A stretch of DNA of 64,000 bases from Candidatus Algichlamydia australiensis (GTDB lineage: Bacteria > Chlamydiota > Chlamydiia > Chlamydiales > JAJFMI01). The position numbers and the translations under genes are program-made. Positions 38,676-48,045 of this stretch are shown in pieces (the stretch's first letter is position 1; every line of letters begins with the position of its first letter). Where the stretch lies: NCBI GenBank assembly GCA_033977065.1, contig JAXCHI010000003.1, positions 352,001 through 416,000 on the forward strand, read 5' to 3'. A model generated the notes under the pieces. That model saw only the letters and a program-made list of their open reading frames with translations, searched no databases and was not told the DNA's origin.

Positions 38676-39076
38676 TACTCTGTAACAGAAAATCTTAGTG
38701 TTTAATTTAAAAAAACAGCCAATAGAGACAGTCGGGCAAATCTCCGCTGCCCTTTGAGCTTCATCTTGGCATGCCAAATTGCGTTTCGTCGGAAAACCGT
38801 GCAAAGCACTACTTCTTCCTCCTGCACCGCAATTTTTCAAAGCCAATCTGAAGCCATCGAGCGCATCGCGCGTTCATTCCCCACCCTCCACTTTGTTTCG
38901 GGAGGGGCCCCTTTCACGTCGCTTGCGCGGCTGTTTTTTTTGTTTTGCAGAAAACTTTGCAAGGTCTAGACAGCTTTTTCAATCACATACAATCGCTTTA
39001 CTTTTCACGTTTGGGATCCATTTTTATGCGAAGGCTTTGACGTAAAAATAATACTAAAATTTTCTGTTACAGAGTA
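38676..39076. mobile_element. 401-bp non-coding element with TIRs and CTAG duplication
   Basis: TIR TACTCTGTAACAGAAAAT / ATTTTCTGTTACAGAGTA; CTAG at 38672 and 39077. Excision restores NLKSSLPT. Confidence 0.9.
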
Positions 39077-39207
39077 CTAGTCTTCCAACAGTCGAAGAAA
39101 TTGAAGAAGAGCTTTTGGGAATCAAAAATATGTAAAATGATTTCACCAATAATTGAGGGAGAATCTTTTTTTATTGCAGGTAGCTTGCACCCTCCCTCTA
39201 TGCTGTT

Positions 39208-39522
39208 TTAACTTTTTTGCCTACGTTCGAAATACTGATCTATCTTAGATAGAAGCCCTGTTTTAAATGAATCAGCCTCGGCAATATAAGCGTCATACTC
39301 GGACGCATTATTAGGCATATTTTTTTTTAATTCTTCGAATGTATTTTTGCAAGATTGAAATAAACCCTCGATCGTGTTGATCTTTTTTTCTTTATCGGTT
39401 GTGTTATTGAGGACCTCTTGCAGCATACTGTCTAAATAAGCTCCCAAGGTCACAGATTCGGTGGGGTACATTTTGCCTCCTTTAGGTTTAGCCTTACTTT
39501 TGTCGAAGGTAATTCTATCCAA
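39208..39522 (-). CDS. Small helical hypothetical protein (probable start MYPTESV at 39471)
   Basis: GGAGG RBS precedes MYPTES; overlaps the 3' end of the DUF4135-like gene. Confidence 0.65.
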   Translation of the reverse strand: MDRITFDKSKAKPKGGKMYPTESVTLGAYLDSMLQEVLNNTTDKEKKINTIEGLFQSCKNTFEELKKNMPNNASEYDAYIAEADSFKTGLLSKIDQYFERRQKS

Positions 39523-40643
39523 TTTTCAGTTAAATGTATATGAAAAATTGGCACTTCAACCCTATGTTCTTCATTGGTGGATGAATTTTTTGAAATTGCC
39601 AACTCTTGGTTAATGCAAGATACAGCCCCCTCTTCCTCAAATAAATCATCGATTTTTTTGACTATATTGTTTTGTTGTGCGACATCATCTTTGTCTAAGA
39701 CGATTAAACCTTTGTTGTACAGGTACTTAGCAAAAAATAAAGTGTGATAATCGTAAATATTATCTGGCATTTCGAAACTCAAACTACCTATATTGAATTT
39801 TTTTGAAAAAAAAGCAAAATTAGACCAATCTTCGTCAGAAATCAACACCATTTCTTTGTAAGTACCGGTCCCACAAAAAACAAGTCTAGCTGGAACTGAC
39901 TGCAACTTTTCTATTAATTTTTTCAGGTTTTTTTGAAAAAAATCCTTCTTAGATTCATCGATTTTAGCTTGCGCTGTCTCCTTAAAAGTAACTATATTGC
40001 GGGAAGATCCTGTGCAAAAAACTTCAGCATCTATAAAGTGCAAGCACCCTTCATTGTCAATTATTAAATTTTCATTATGTATATCTTCAAACGGAGCTCC
40101 TGCCAAAGTTGCAATTAAGTTAATGTTTTCCTGCTTAGCTTCGGGACTAATTAATAGCGAAGATAGTTCTAATTCTAAGCGTCTGTTATCTTCGCAGATA
40201 AATGATCCCTCAATAAAACTGTCGTAGCCATGATCACCGCTATCTAAGATAGGACGCGCTTTTTTCTCATTTATTTCCTGTAGAAATTCTTCCAGATATA
40301 TTTCAGGTAGTACGCTCCGCGGTTTGTACACAACTTTGGTAGACTTATTGCTTGGGTCAAAAAAAGTAATAAATAGAGCAATTTTACCGTTGTAATGACA
40401 TTCGTCTCCAGCAATTGAAACCTCAATTCTATCAATAGGTTCGAGACTTTTGCTTGATAAGAATGACGCTTTAATTTCCTCATAATCTTTTTTAAGATTC
40501 TGTTGAACCTCCTGAAAAAAAGCTTCGGATAGGTTTTCGGGTATCGACGCTCTTTCTACAGCCTCATGGAAATGGGCAACAGAAGTTTGATTAGCAGAGA
40601 AAGGAGCACTGCTTTCGGGTCTGATTGGCTCTGACATAAACAA
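39450..40643 (-). CDS. Stand-alone LanM N-terminal (DUF4135-like) kinase/dehydratase domain protein
   Basis: GDECH..GK, KVVYKPRS, GYDSFI, DIHNENLI, FIDAE and RxxxxxTxxY motifs; no LanC cyclase domain. Confidence 0.75.
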   Translation of the reverse strand: MFMSEPIRPESSAPFSANQTSVAHFHEAVERASIPENLSEAFFQEVQQNLKKDYEEIKASFLSSKSLEPIDRIEVSIAGDECHYNGKIALFITFFDPSNKSTKVVYKPRSVLPEIYLEEFLQEINEKKARPILDSGDHGYDSFIEGSFICEDNRRLELELSSLLISPEAKQENINLIATLAGAPFEDIHNENLIIDNEGCLHFIDAEVFCTGSSRNIVTFKETAQAKIDESKKDFFQKNLKKLIEKLQSVPARLVFCGTGTYKEMVLISDEDWSNFAFFSKKFNIGSLSFEMPDNIYDYHTLFFAKYLYNKGLIVLDKDDVAQQNNIVKKIDDLFEEEGAVSCINQELAISKNSSTNEEHRVEVPIFHIHLTENWIELPSTKVRLNLKEAKCTPPNL

Positions 40644-40698
40644 ACAAAAATTATTTTAATTATTAAATTAATTTTTGTTTGTTTGTCAATTTTTTAAG

Positions 40699-41742
40699 TT
40701 ATTCCAGTAGAAATTGAAAGAAGGTGTCTTTTGAAGAGAGTCCTTTGCGGATATTGAGTTTGCTTCCGGTTTTTTTGCCAGCGCGGCTGCCCTCTTTGTG
40801 GTTCACTACGCGCGACCGTGTGGTGCGCAGATGGGGGTAGGCAAGAGGGAGCGCTTTTTGCAGAGCATAATCAATTTTATAAAGGGCGCGCGAATGTTCT
40901 GCTTGTGTCTGTTTGATTTTTTGACAGTAGCCGTCGGCAATTCCGCGGAAGAAAGAGTTTTTTGCAGCGAGGCCATGTAGGTGGGTCTGCTCTTTGTAGA
41001 GCTGTTCAAATTCGTGATAGAGAAAGTGCGCGACGTATTCGGCAATTTCAACGGAGAGGTGCGGACCAAAAATTTCTAAGGTGGTGCTGTTAAAGATCGG
41101 ATGGACGCCAAAGGTACGTAGGATTTGTGCGATCGATTGGATTTTGCTCGAGGCTCTTTTGAAGGTGAAGATGCGGCGCATCACCATGTCGGTTTCCTCA
41201 TTTAGATGGGTAATTTGATGTTTGAGAAGCAGTTCTTGTGCTTTGAGGGTGGCGTTTTGCGCTTCATGGGGATTGTTGCTGGAGGAGAGGGCGAGGAGTT
41301 TTTTGATTTTTTGGACAATGCGCTCTTCGGTTTTTTCTTGGAGAAGGGGGGCGGTGGCGCGTTTAATTTCGGGAGGAAAACCATACTCATCGCAGATGGC
41401 GCGAAAGGCTTTGCTGTGGGTAAGATCATTAAAGCGGAGGTAGGCGATCATGTGTGCGAGCTCGTGGCGCAGGATGTCGGCAGGATTTGTTGCCGCTTTG
41501 TGGATACCAATTTCAAAATGCTTAGGATCAAAATAGCCGAGTCGTCTCTCATCTTCAAAAATAAGGATGCGCAGGCGGTAGCGATAGTGATTCCATGTGA
41601 GAGTGAGTCCGCGAATAGAGAGGCGCATCTCCTCTTTCATAATTTGAATGGCAAGGTGCTCAAGTTCGCGAATTTTCTTTTCGGGAAAAAGGTAGGTAGT
41701 GATGAGTTGACTCCAGGTTTCTACATAGTTACAATGGAGCAT
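40699..41742 (-). CDS. SprT-like zinc metalloprotease plus DUF2786 domain protein
   Basis: LRHELAH...H..AF zincin motif; KIKKLLALSSSNNPHEA. Confidence 0.8.
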   Translation of the reverse strand: MLHCNYVETWSQLITTYLFPEKKIRELEHLAIQIMKEEMRLSIRGLTLTWNHYRYRLRILIFEDERRLGYFDPKHFEIGIHKAATNPADILRHELAHMIAYLRFNDLTHSKAFRAICDEYGFPPEIKRATAPLLQEKTEERIVQKIKKLLALSSSNNPHEAQNATLKAQELLLKHQITHLNEETDMVMRRIFTFKRASSKIQSIAQILRTFGVHPIFNSTTLEIFGPHLSVEIAEYVAHFLYHEFEQLYKEQTHLHGLAAKNSFFRGIADGYCQKIKQTQAEHSRALYKIDYALQKALPLAYPHLRTTRSRVVNHKEGSRAGKKTGSKLNIRKGLSSKDTFFQFLLE

Positions 41743-41764
41743 TATCTAACAAATGTGGTTTTTT

Positions 41765-43390
41765 ATGGAGCAGACTGAAGAATTCACCCCTGAACAGAGT
41801 AAAATTTTAGAGCAATACGTTTCTAATTTAGATAGTAATATTTTCGTTTTGCGGAATTTGCCTGAGGTGATTAAAGGCGCCCTTTTCTCTCGTTACTCCC
41901 GTTCTGTCTTGGGGTTGCGGTCACTTTTGTTAAAAGATTTTATTATGAATGAGGAGATGGCGTTTGACTCGATTGTCGGTGAGTCGCCGGAGACTAGTCA
42001 CGATGGTCAGTTTGTTGCGATTAAGAAGGCACAAAACTTTTATGATCGTATTCTTGATGGTTATGGTGACGATTCGATCGGTGAGCTAGGGGGAACCCAC
42101 TTGGCGATTGAAAATGTTTCCATGATTGCTGCCAAAGTGATTGAAGATTGCCGGATTGGAGGATCACCGCTTGAGAAGTCGACACGCTACATCTATTTTG
42201 ACCAAAAAGTAAACGGAAAATTCCTCTTCTATCGTGAGCCTGTGATCATGACAAGTGCCTATCGAGATCTCTATGTGGAGACGTGTGACAGGTTATTTGA
42301 AACTTATGGTCGTTTGATTCCACCTCTAACAGAAAAAATTGAAAAGACCTTCCCCAAAGATCCCGATGTTTCTAAGTTCGCTTACAATGCGGCACTACGC
42401 GCGAAGGTACTCGACTGCCTGCGCGGTCTATTACCAGCAAGTACGATGACGAACATGGGAGTCTATGGAAATGGACGTTTTTTTGAAGGGTTAATTGCAA
42501 AGCTACAGTGCTCTCCTTTAGCAGAGTTGCAAGAGTCGGGCCGCAAGAGTTACGCAGAACTTTCAAAAGTAATTCCCTCTTTTGTGCGCCGCTCTGATCC
42601 AACGCACAAGAATCAGGTCTCCTATTTTGAGTATCAGGAGCGTTTGGCAAACGAATTGAAAATCCACTCTTCACGCCTAGGGGAGCTATCTCCCATGAAG
42701 GATGCGGGTGTTCGTCTGATTGATTATGATGCCGATGCTCCTGAGAAAGTAGCTGCGGCTCTGCTCTTTTCCAATTCAAATGCTGGTTTGCATGAGTTGC
42801 AAGAGCACGCACAAAAAATGGAGCGAATTGATCGAGAAAAACTCTTCCGTTCGATCTCTTCTATCCGAGAAAATCGTCGTCACAAATCACCGCGCGCCCT
42901 TGAACATGCGACATTTACGTTTGAAATTTGCGCCGATTACGGTATCTATCGCGATTTGCAGCGTCATCGCATGCTGACACAAGAGAGGCAACTGCTTACT
43001 TGCGACTATAATTACTACACGCCAGAAGAGATTGTGGGAACCGAGATTGAAGCTGAATACCACAAGGCAATGGAAGAGGCAAAAGAGGCATTTGATACGA
43101 TGGCCAAAGCGCTTCCTGAAGAGGCGCAGTATGTTGTGCCGATGGCCTACAACATCCACTGGTACTTCAAAGTAAACTTGCGCGCTCTGCAATGGCTCTG
43201 TGAATTGCGCTCTTCACCTGCGGGACATCCGATGTATCGCTTAGTTGCTCAGGAAATGGCCAAGCAGGTCTCTCAAGTTTTTCCTGAATTTGAAACCTTT
43301 TTTGGTTTTGTCGACTATGATGGCTACCAACTTGGCAGATTGGGGCAAGAAATTCGCCTTGTTGAAAAGATGCAAGCGAGGCGACCTTGA
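41765..43390 (+). CDS. thyX: FAD-dependent thymidylate synthase (tandem-domain chlamydial type)
   Basis: GYGDDSI.EL, EKSTRY and RDLQRHR motifs; ~540 aa. Confidence 0.9.
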   Translation: MEQTEEFTPEQSKILEQYVSNLDSNIFVLRNLPEVIKGALFSRYSRSVLGLRSLLLKDFIMNEEMAFDSIVGESPETSHDGQFVAIKKAQNFYDRILDGYGDDSIGELGGTHLAIENVSMIAAKVIEDCRIGGSPLEKSTRYIYFDQKVNGKFLFYREPVIMTSAYRDLYVETCDRLFETYGRLIPPLTEKIEKTFPKDPDVSKFAYNAALRAKVLDCLRGLLPASTMTNMGVYGNGRFFEGLIAKLQCSPLAELQESGRKSYAELSKVIPSFVRRSDPTHKNQVSYFEYQERLANELKIHSSRLGELSPMKDAGVRLIDYDADAPEKVAAALLFSNSNAGLHELQEHAQKMERIDREKLFRSISSIRENRRHKSPRALEHATFTFEICADYGIYRDLQRHRMLTQERQLLTCDYNYYTPEEIVGTEIEAEYHKAMEEAKEAFDTMAKALPEEAQYVVPMAYNIHWYFKVNLRALQWLCELRSSPAGHPMYRLVAQEMAKQVSQVFPEFETFFGFVDYDGYQLGRLGQEIRLVEKMQARRP

Positions 43391-44604
43391 AGAGGCATGG
43401 CAGCATTCTCGGTGGTATGCTCCTTACTACAGGAAGTTGTATTGGAGCGGGAATGCTGGCACTCCCGATTTTGACAGGACTGGCAGGTTTTTTGCCAACG
43501 CTGTTAATGTTTTTTTTAGCTTGGGCTTTTATGACGACAACAGCACTGCTGCTTGTTGAGGTCAACAGTTGGCATACAAAACCGGTAAACCTTCTCACAA
43601 TGGTGGGAGAGACTTTGGGAAAAGCGGGCCGCGCCTTAAGTTGGGCGCTCTATTTGCTGCTCTTCTACTCTCTTCTTGTTGCCTACATGACTTTAAGTGG
43701 TAACCATGTCCACTCTTTTTCTGACCACTTGCTCGGAATTCATATTCCCGACTACGTTGGAACTCTCTTTTTTGTTCTTCTCTTTGGGTGGCTCATCTTT
43801 TTAGGAACGCGTGCTGTCGACTACTTAAATCGTTTTTTAATGGTGGGTAAAATCGCAGCATTTCTTCTTCTGGTCATTTTGGGCGTGCGTTATATGCAAC
43901 CGCAATTGCTGCTGCAAAGCGATCTCTCTCTTGCGTTTTACTCGCTTCCCGTTTTGATCATCTCGTTTGGCTTTCACAATATGATTCCGACGCTGACAAA
44001 CTATATGAAGGGCGATGCAGTGCGCGTGAAAAAAGCCATTTTGGCTGGTTCACTATTTACCTTAGCTCTCTACTTAGTTTGGGAAATTCTGGTTTTGGGA
44101 ATTTTGACAGATGGGCAAATTATTTCTGCATTTAAAGATGATATTGATGCAGCGCAAGCGCTAAAGAATTTACTTGGTTCGTCGAGCTTTGGGTTTTCCG
44201 CACAAGCTTTGGCATTCTTTGCTGTGCTGACATCGCTTCTTGCGCAATCTCTTGGTTTATCTCATTTTATTGCCGATGGATTAAAAATTCCGCATGGCAA
44301 TCGCCGAGAAAACCCGTGGACGGCACTGCTTGCCCTCCTGCCGCCACTTATTTTTACCATGCTCTTCCCTCAACTCTTTTTTGAAGCGATCAACTTCGCT
44401 GGAGGGATTTGCGCTGTCGTGCTTTTTGGACTCTTCCCTGTGATGATGGTCTGGATTGGGCGCTACCGTCAAAATAAAGAGGGGAGTTATCGTCACATAG
44501 CAGGTAAACCCCTTCTTGCGCTGATCTTTCTCTTTGCCCTCTTTATCTTCTTCTATCAATTGAGCCAGATGATCGGGCTCCAAATTTTCCCAAAGCCCGC
44601 CTAA
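43387..44604 (+). CDS. tyrP: Aromatic amino-acid permease (TyrP/Mtr family)
   Basis: GSCIGAGMLALP and SFGFHNMIPTL motifs; multi-TM. Confidence 0.88.
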   Translation: MKRHGSILGGMLLTTGSCIGAGMLALPILTGLAGFLPTLLMFFLAWAFMTTTALLLVEVNSWHTKPVNLLTMVGETLGKAGRALSWALYLLLFYSLLVAYMTLSGNHVHSFSDHLLGIHIPDYVGTLFFVLLFGWLIFLGTRAVDYLNRFLMVGKIAAFLLLVILGVRYMQPQLLLQSDLSLAFYSLPVLIISFGFHNMIPTLTNYMKGDAVRVKKAILAGSLFTLALYLVWEILVLGILTDGQIISAFKDDIDAAQALKNLLGSSSFGFSAQALAFFAVLTSLLAQSLGLSHFIADGLKIPHGNRRENPWTALLALLPPLIFTMLFPQLFFEAINFAGGICAVVLFGLFPVMMVWIGRYRQNKEGSYRHIAGKPLLALIFLFALFIFFYQLSQMIGLQIFPKPA

Positions 44605-45827
44605 TGACACTAAAAGTAAACCATTTCTTAGGAGGGATCTTTCTAGTTGCAGGCACAACGATTGGAGCAGGGATGTTAGGTGGTCCTCTGACGACAGGAT
44701 TTTCAGGATTTATTCCTTCGATGGTCTATTTTTTAGTCTGTTGGACGGTCATGCTTATCTCAGCCTTCTGCTTTCTCGATGTGAATCTAGCTGTGCGTGG
44801 TGAACCTAACATGATCTCTATGGCAGAGAGGACATTAGGCACTTGGGGAAAAGTCGCAAGCTGGATCGTCTATCTCCTCCTTCTCTACTCTCTTTTAGCT
44901 GCCTACATTTTAGTCAGCGGTCCTCTTTTCGAGGGTGCCTACACTTACTTAACAGGCAGCGATCTGCCGCAATGGATTGGCCCCTTTTTACTCCCTCTTA
45001 TTTTTGGAGGATTTATCTACTTTGGCACTTTTGGTGTTGATCTCATCAACCGCCTTGTCATGTGCGGGTTGTTGATCAGTTTTTTTCTCCTTATCGGCGC
45101 TCTTCCCGAGCATATCGAGCCAAAGCTTCTCACTCATTTTGACTGGAGGCCGATGCCAATTGCCCTTCCTCTGATATTAACAGCGTTTGGTTACCACATT
45201 ATTATTCCCAGTTTGACCACCTACATGAATCACGATCGCAAACATTTGGTTTATACAATTGTAGTGGGTAGCCTCCTCTCATTGCTCACCTACACTATCT
45301 GGCAATTTTGCGCGCTGGGAGTCGTACCCCTGATAGGAAGTTCAAGTATTGCAGAAGCGTATAGCAAAGGGACCTCTATTACGCAGGTGATGGCGGTGAT
45401 TATCCAAAACAGGTGGGTTGTGATCTTTGCCCTTTTCTTCTCTTTCTTTGCGATTGTCTCGTCATTCCTTGGGGTCTCTTTGAGCCTTTCGGATTTTCTT
45501 ACAGATGGCTTTAAAATTAAAAAGAGTTGGGAGGGAAAATTGTTTGCGATTGCACTGACTTTTCTGCCCCCTCTCTTCTTTGTATTTAGCTACCGTGAAG
45601 GATTTGTTTTAGCGCTTGAATACGCTGGTGCTTTCGTTGCTATTCTGCTCATCTTTTTACCAGCTGCCATGGCGTGGACTCTAAAAACCCCCAAGTTCTA
45701 TCGCAGTTTATGGGGGAGAGTGATGCTGGCTTCCATTAGTCTTTTCGCCCTAATAATTACGATTTTTGTTATTATGGATCGTCTTGGAATGTTCAGGGAT
45801 GCAATCAGCCAATATGTTTCAACTTAA
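44604..45827 (+). CDS. tyrP: Aromatic amino-acid permease (TyrP/Mtr family), paralogue
   Basis: GTTIGAGML and AFGYHIIIPSL motifs; multi-TM. Confidence 0.88.
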   Translation: MTLKVNHFLGGIFLVAGTTIGAGMLGGPLTTGFSGFIPSMVYFLVCWTVMLISAFCFLDVNLAVRGEPNMISMAERTLGTWGKVASWIVYLLLLYSLLAAYILVSGPLFEGAYTYLTGSDLPQWIGPFLLPLIFGGFIYFGTFGVDLINRLVMCGLLISFFLLIGALPEHIEPKLLTHFDWRPMPIALPLILTAFGYHIIIPSLTTYMNHDRKHLVYTIVVGSLLSLLTYTIWQFCALGVVPLIGSSSIAEAYSKGTSITQVMAVIIQNRWVVIFALFFSFFAIVSSFLGVSLSLSDFLTDGFKIKKSWEGKLFAIALTFLPPLFFVFSYREGFVLALEYAGAFVAILLIFLPAAMAWTLKTPKFYRSLWGRVMLASISLFALIITIFVIMDRLGMFRDAISQYVST

Positions 45828-47805
45828 TACTAAGTACCAGCCCAAAGGAGATCAGCCCAAAGCGATCAAGCGCCTTGCAGAAGGGGTAAAGGAGGGCAAA
45901 AAGAGCCAGGTACTTCTCGGTGTTACAGGTTCTGGAAAGACCTTTACAATGGCCAATATTGTGGCCGAGGTACAAAAACCAACCCTCGTTCTTGCTCACA
46001 ATAAAACATTAGCAGCGCAACTCTTTCAGGAGTTTAAAGGATTTTTTCCCAATAACGCTGTTGAGTACTTCGTCTCTTACTACGACTACTACCAACCCGA
46101 AGCCTACATCGCGCGTACCGACACATTTATTGAAAAAGATTTGGCGATCAACGATACCATCGACAAAATGCGCCTCTCTGCTACACGCTCCCTCATCGAG
46201 CGGCGAGATGTCTTGATTGTCTCTTCCGTGAGCTGCATCTACGGTTTGGGAATGCCAGAATTTTATTGCAAAATGGCCCTCACGATCGAAACAGGCAAAG
46301 AGTTTAGACGCGATGATCTACTTCTCCATCTTGTAGAGATGCGCTATGAGCGAAACGACTACGAACTCTCCCGCGGAAAGTTTCGTGTGCGAGGCGATGT
46401 GATTGAACTTGTGCCTGCGTACGAAGAAGATGTTGCCTATCGCATCGAATTTTTTGATGAACTTTGCGAGCGCATCTCCGATATCGATCCCCTCACAGGC
46501 AAAGTTCTTTCTCGTCGCGAAAGAGTAACCATTTTTCCCGGCTCCCACCACGTGACTCCTGAAGAAGTGCGTGAACAAGCATTAGAAACCATCTCGCAAG
46601 AGCTTGTGTTGCGGGCAAATCATTTTGAAGCCAACAAACAATTTTTAGAGCACCAGCGTATCTTAGAGCGCACTAAACACGACTTAGAGATGATCAAAGA
46701 AGTGGGGTATTGCAAAGGTGTGGAAAACTACTCACGCCATTTTAGCGGTCGCAATGCTGGTGATCCACCTCCTTGCCTCCTTGACTATTTTCCCGATGAC
46801 TTTCTCCTCTTTGCCGATGAGTCGCACCAATCCCTACCGCAAGTGCGCGCCATGTACAACGGTGACCGCGCTCGCAAAGAATCCCTAATTGAATTTGGCT
46901 TTCGTCTCCCATCAGCCTTTGACAACCGCCCCCTTAAATTTGAAGAATTTTATTCACGACTTAAGCAAGTCGTTTACGTATCAGCAACACCCAGTCCTTG
47001 GGAAGTGGAAGAGGCGGGTGGTGAGATTGTCGAACAAATCATCCGCCCCACAGGTCTTCTTGACCCACTAATTGAAGTGCGTCCTGCAGCTGACCAAGTT
47101 GATGACTCATTAGAAGAGATCCAAAAAGAGGTAGAAAATGGCCACCGCGTACTCGTCACTACCCTGACAAAAAAACTTGCCGAAGACCTCACCAAATACT
47201 TAACTGAAATCGGCATCAAAGCGCGCTATCTCCACTCCGATATCGATACGTTAGAGCGTGTGCAAATCATCAAGGAGCTCCGTGAAGGCCTCTTTGATGT
47301 CCTCGTTGGTATCAACCTTCTCCGTGAAGGCCTAGACATTCCTGAAGTAACTCTTGTTGCGATACTCGACGCAGATAAAGAGGGTTTTTTACGCTCCGAA
47401 ACCGCCCTCATCCAGACCTGTGGTCGTGCGGCGCGCAACGCAAAAGGGCGCGTAATCATGTACGCCGACAAAGAGACAAAAAGTATAGAAGGAACGATTC
47501 GCATCACAAAAGAGCGGCGCGCTCTGCAGGAAGCGTACAACGCCAAACACAACATCACCCCCAAAACAATTACCAAAGCAGACGCTGCAGATCTGGTTGA
47601 AACCTTTACAGGTGCCAAATTAGAAGAGGCGAAATCGCTCCACGAGAAATCTCTAGATCCAGAAGATCTTGCACGCAAACTTGCTGACTGTGAAAAACTT
47701 ATGTTGAAAGCGGCCAAAGAGCAGCAATATGAAGAGGCTGCCCGCTATCGCGACCTAGTCAAATTCTACAAAGAACTCTCTTTGTTAGAGGATCATCCCC
47801 ATTAA
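45814..47805 (+). CDS. uvrB: Excinuclease ABC subunit B
   Basis: GVTGSGKT, YYDYYQPEAY, DESH and GRAARN motifs. ATG at 45814. Confidence 0.98.
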   Translation: MFQLNTKYQPKGDQPKAIKRLAEGVKEGKKSQVLLGVTGSGKTFTMANIVAEVQKPTLVLAHNKTLAAQLFQEFKGFFPNNAVEYFVSYYDYYQPEAYIARTDTFIEKDLAINDTIDKMRLSATRSLIERRDVLIVSSVSCIYGLGMPEFYCKMALTIETGKEFRRDDLLLHLVEMRYERNDYELSRGKFRVRGDVIELVPAYEEDVAYRIEFFDELCERISDIDPLTGKVLSRRERVTIFPGSHHVTPEEVREQALETISQELVLRANHFEANKQFLEHQRILERTKHDLEMIKEVGYCKGVENYSRHFSGRNAGDPPPCLLDYFPDDFLLFADESHQSLPQVRAMYNGDRARKESLIEFGFRLPSAFDNRPLKFEEFYSRLKQVVYVSATPSPWEVEEAGGEIVEQIIRPTGLLDPLIEVRPAADQVDDSLEEIQKEVENGHRVLVTTLTKKLAEDLTKYLTEIGIKARYLHSDIDTLERVQIIKELREGLFDVLVGINLLREGLDIPEVTLVAILDADKEGFLRSETALIQTCGRAARNAKGRVIMYADKETKSIEGTIRITKERRALQEAYNAKHNITPKTITKADAADLVETFTGAKLEEAKSLHEKSLDPEDLARKLADCEKLMLKAAKEQQYEEAARYRDLVKFYKELSLLEDHPH

Positions 47806-47809
47806 TTTA

Positions 47810-47929
47810 TTCGGCTCCTTCTCGCTGCACCAAATCGTAATTCAGCCGCCAAGCCGTGTTATTTACACTGTCATGGCGGCTGAATTACGATTTTGCTTTG
47901 CGATAAGAACCCGTTAAGCCGCTTCGCGC
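47810..47929 (+). repeat. ~120-bp hairpin element, copy C
   Basis: Perfect 20-bp inner stem AAATCGTAATTCAGCCGCCA / TGGCGGCTGAATTACGATTT; ends in CCGCTTCGCGC. Confidence 0.88.
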
Positions 47930-47952
47930 TGTTGGAAGTTCTTCGAATATCT

Positions 47953-48037
47953 TATAGCGTTGGCGCTATAGTTTATGTCAGATTTTATGTCTCATATGCA
48001 TAAAATCTATTGAATTATATAGCGCGTGTGCTATAAT
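47953..48037 (+). promoter_or_regulatory. Promoter with two TATAGC-N6-GCTATA palindromes (putative operators)
   Basis: 18-bp palindromes at 47953-47970 and 48018-48035; TTGAAT (48010) and TGnTATAAT (48032) lie just before the ATG at 48046. Confidence 0.6.
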
Positions 48038-48045
48038 AAATATAT

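Larger units (their letters stand above)
36414..39135 (+). pseudogene. YhcG/DUF1016 PD-(D/E)XK nuclease gene, 5'-truncated and interrupted by four insertions
   Basis: Removing the inserts restores WGAK..., LPWGHN, KDPYNLDF, ELGEGFAFMGRQ, DLLFYH, VIELK, HPDDKPTIGILLC and KSSLPTVEEIE in one frame. Confidence 0.92.

Noticed and set aside
38628..39045. Short ORFs inside the 401-bp element (and similar ORFs at 2610-2918, 13481-13684 and 18869-19123)
   Set aside because: They lie within palindromic non-coding elements or the putative origin and have no recognisable motifs.
41206..41778. 190-aa plus-strand ORF
   Set aside because: It is an antisense shadow of the SprT/DUF2786 gene, which carries clear motifs.
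47810..47929. Canonical integron attC site
   Set aside because: GTTAAGC (GTTRRRY) occurs only in copy C; the other copies read GCTAGG or GTGACT. There is no RYYYAAC inverse core, no cassette array and no integrase in the window.
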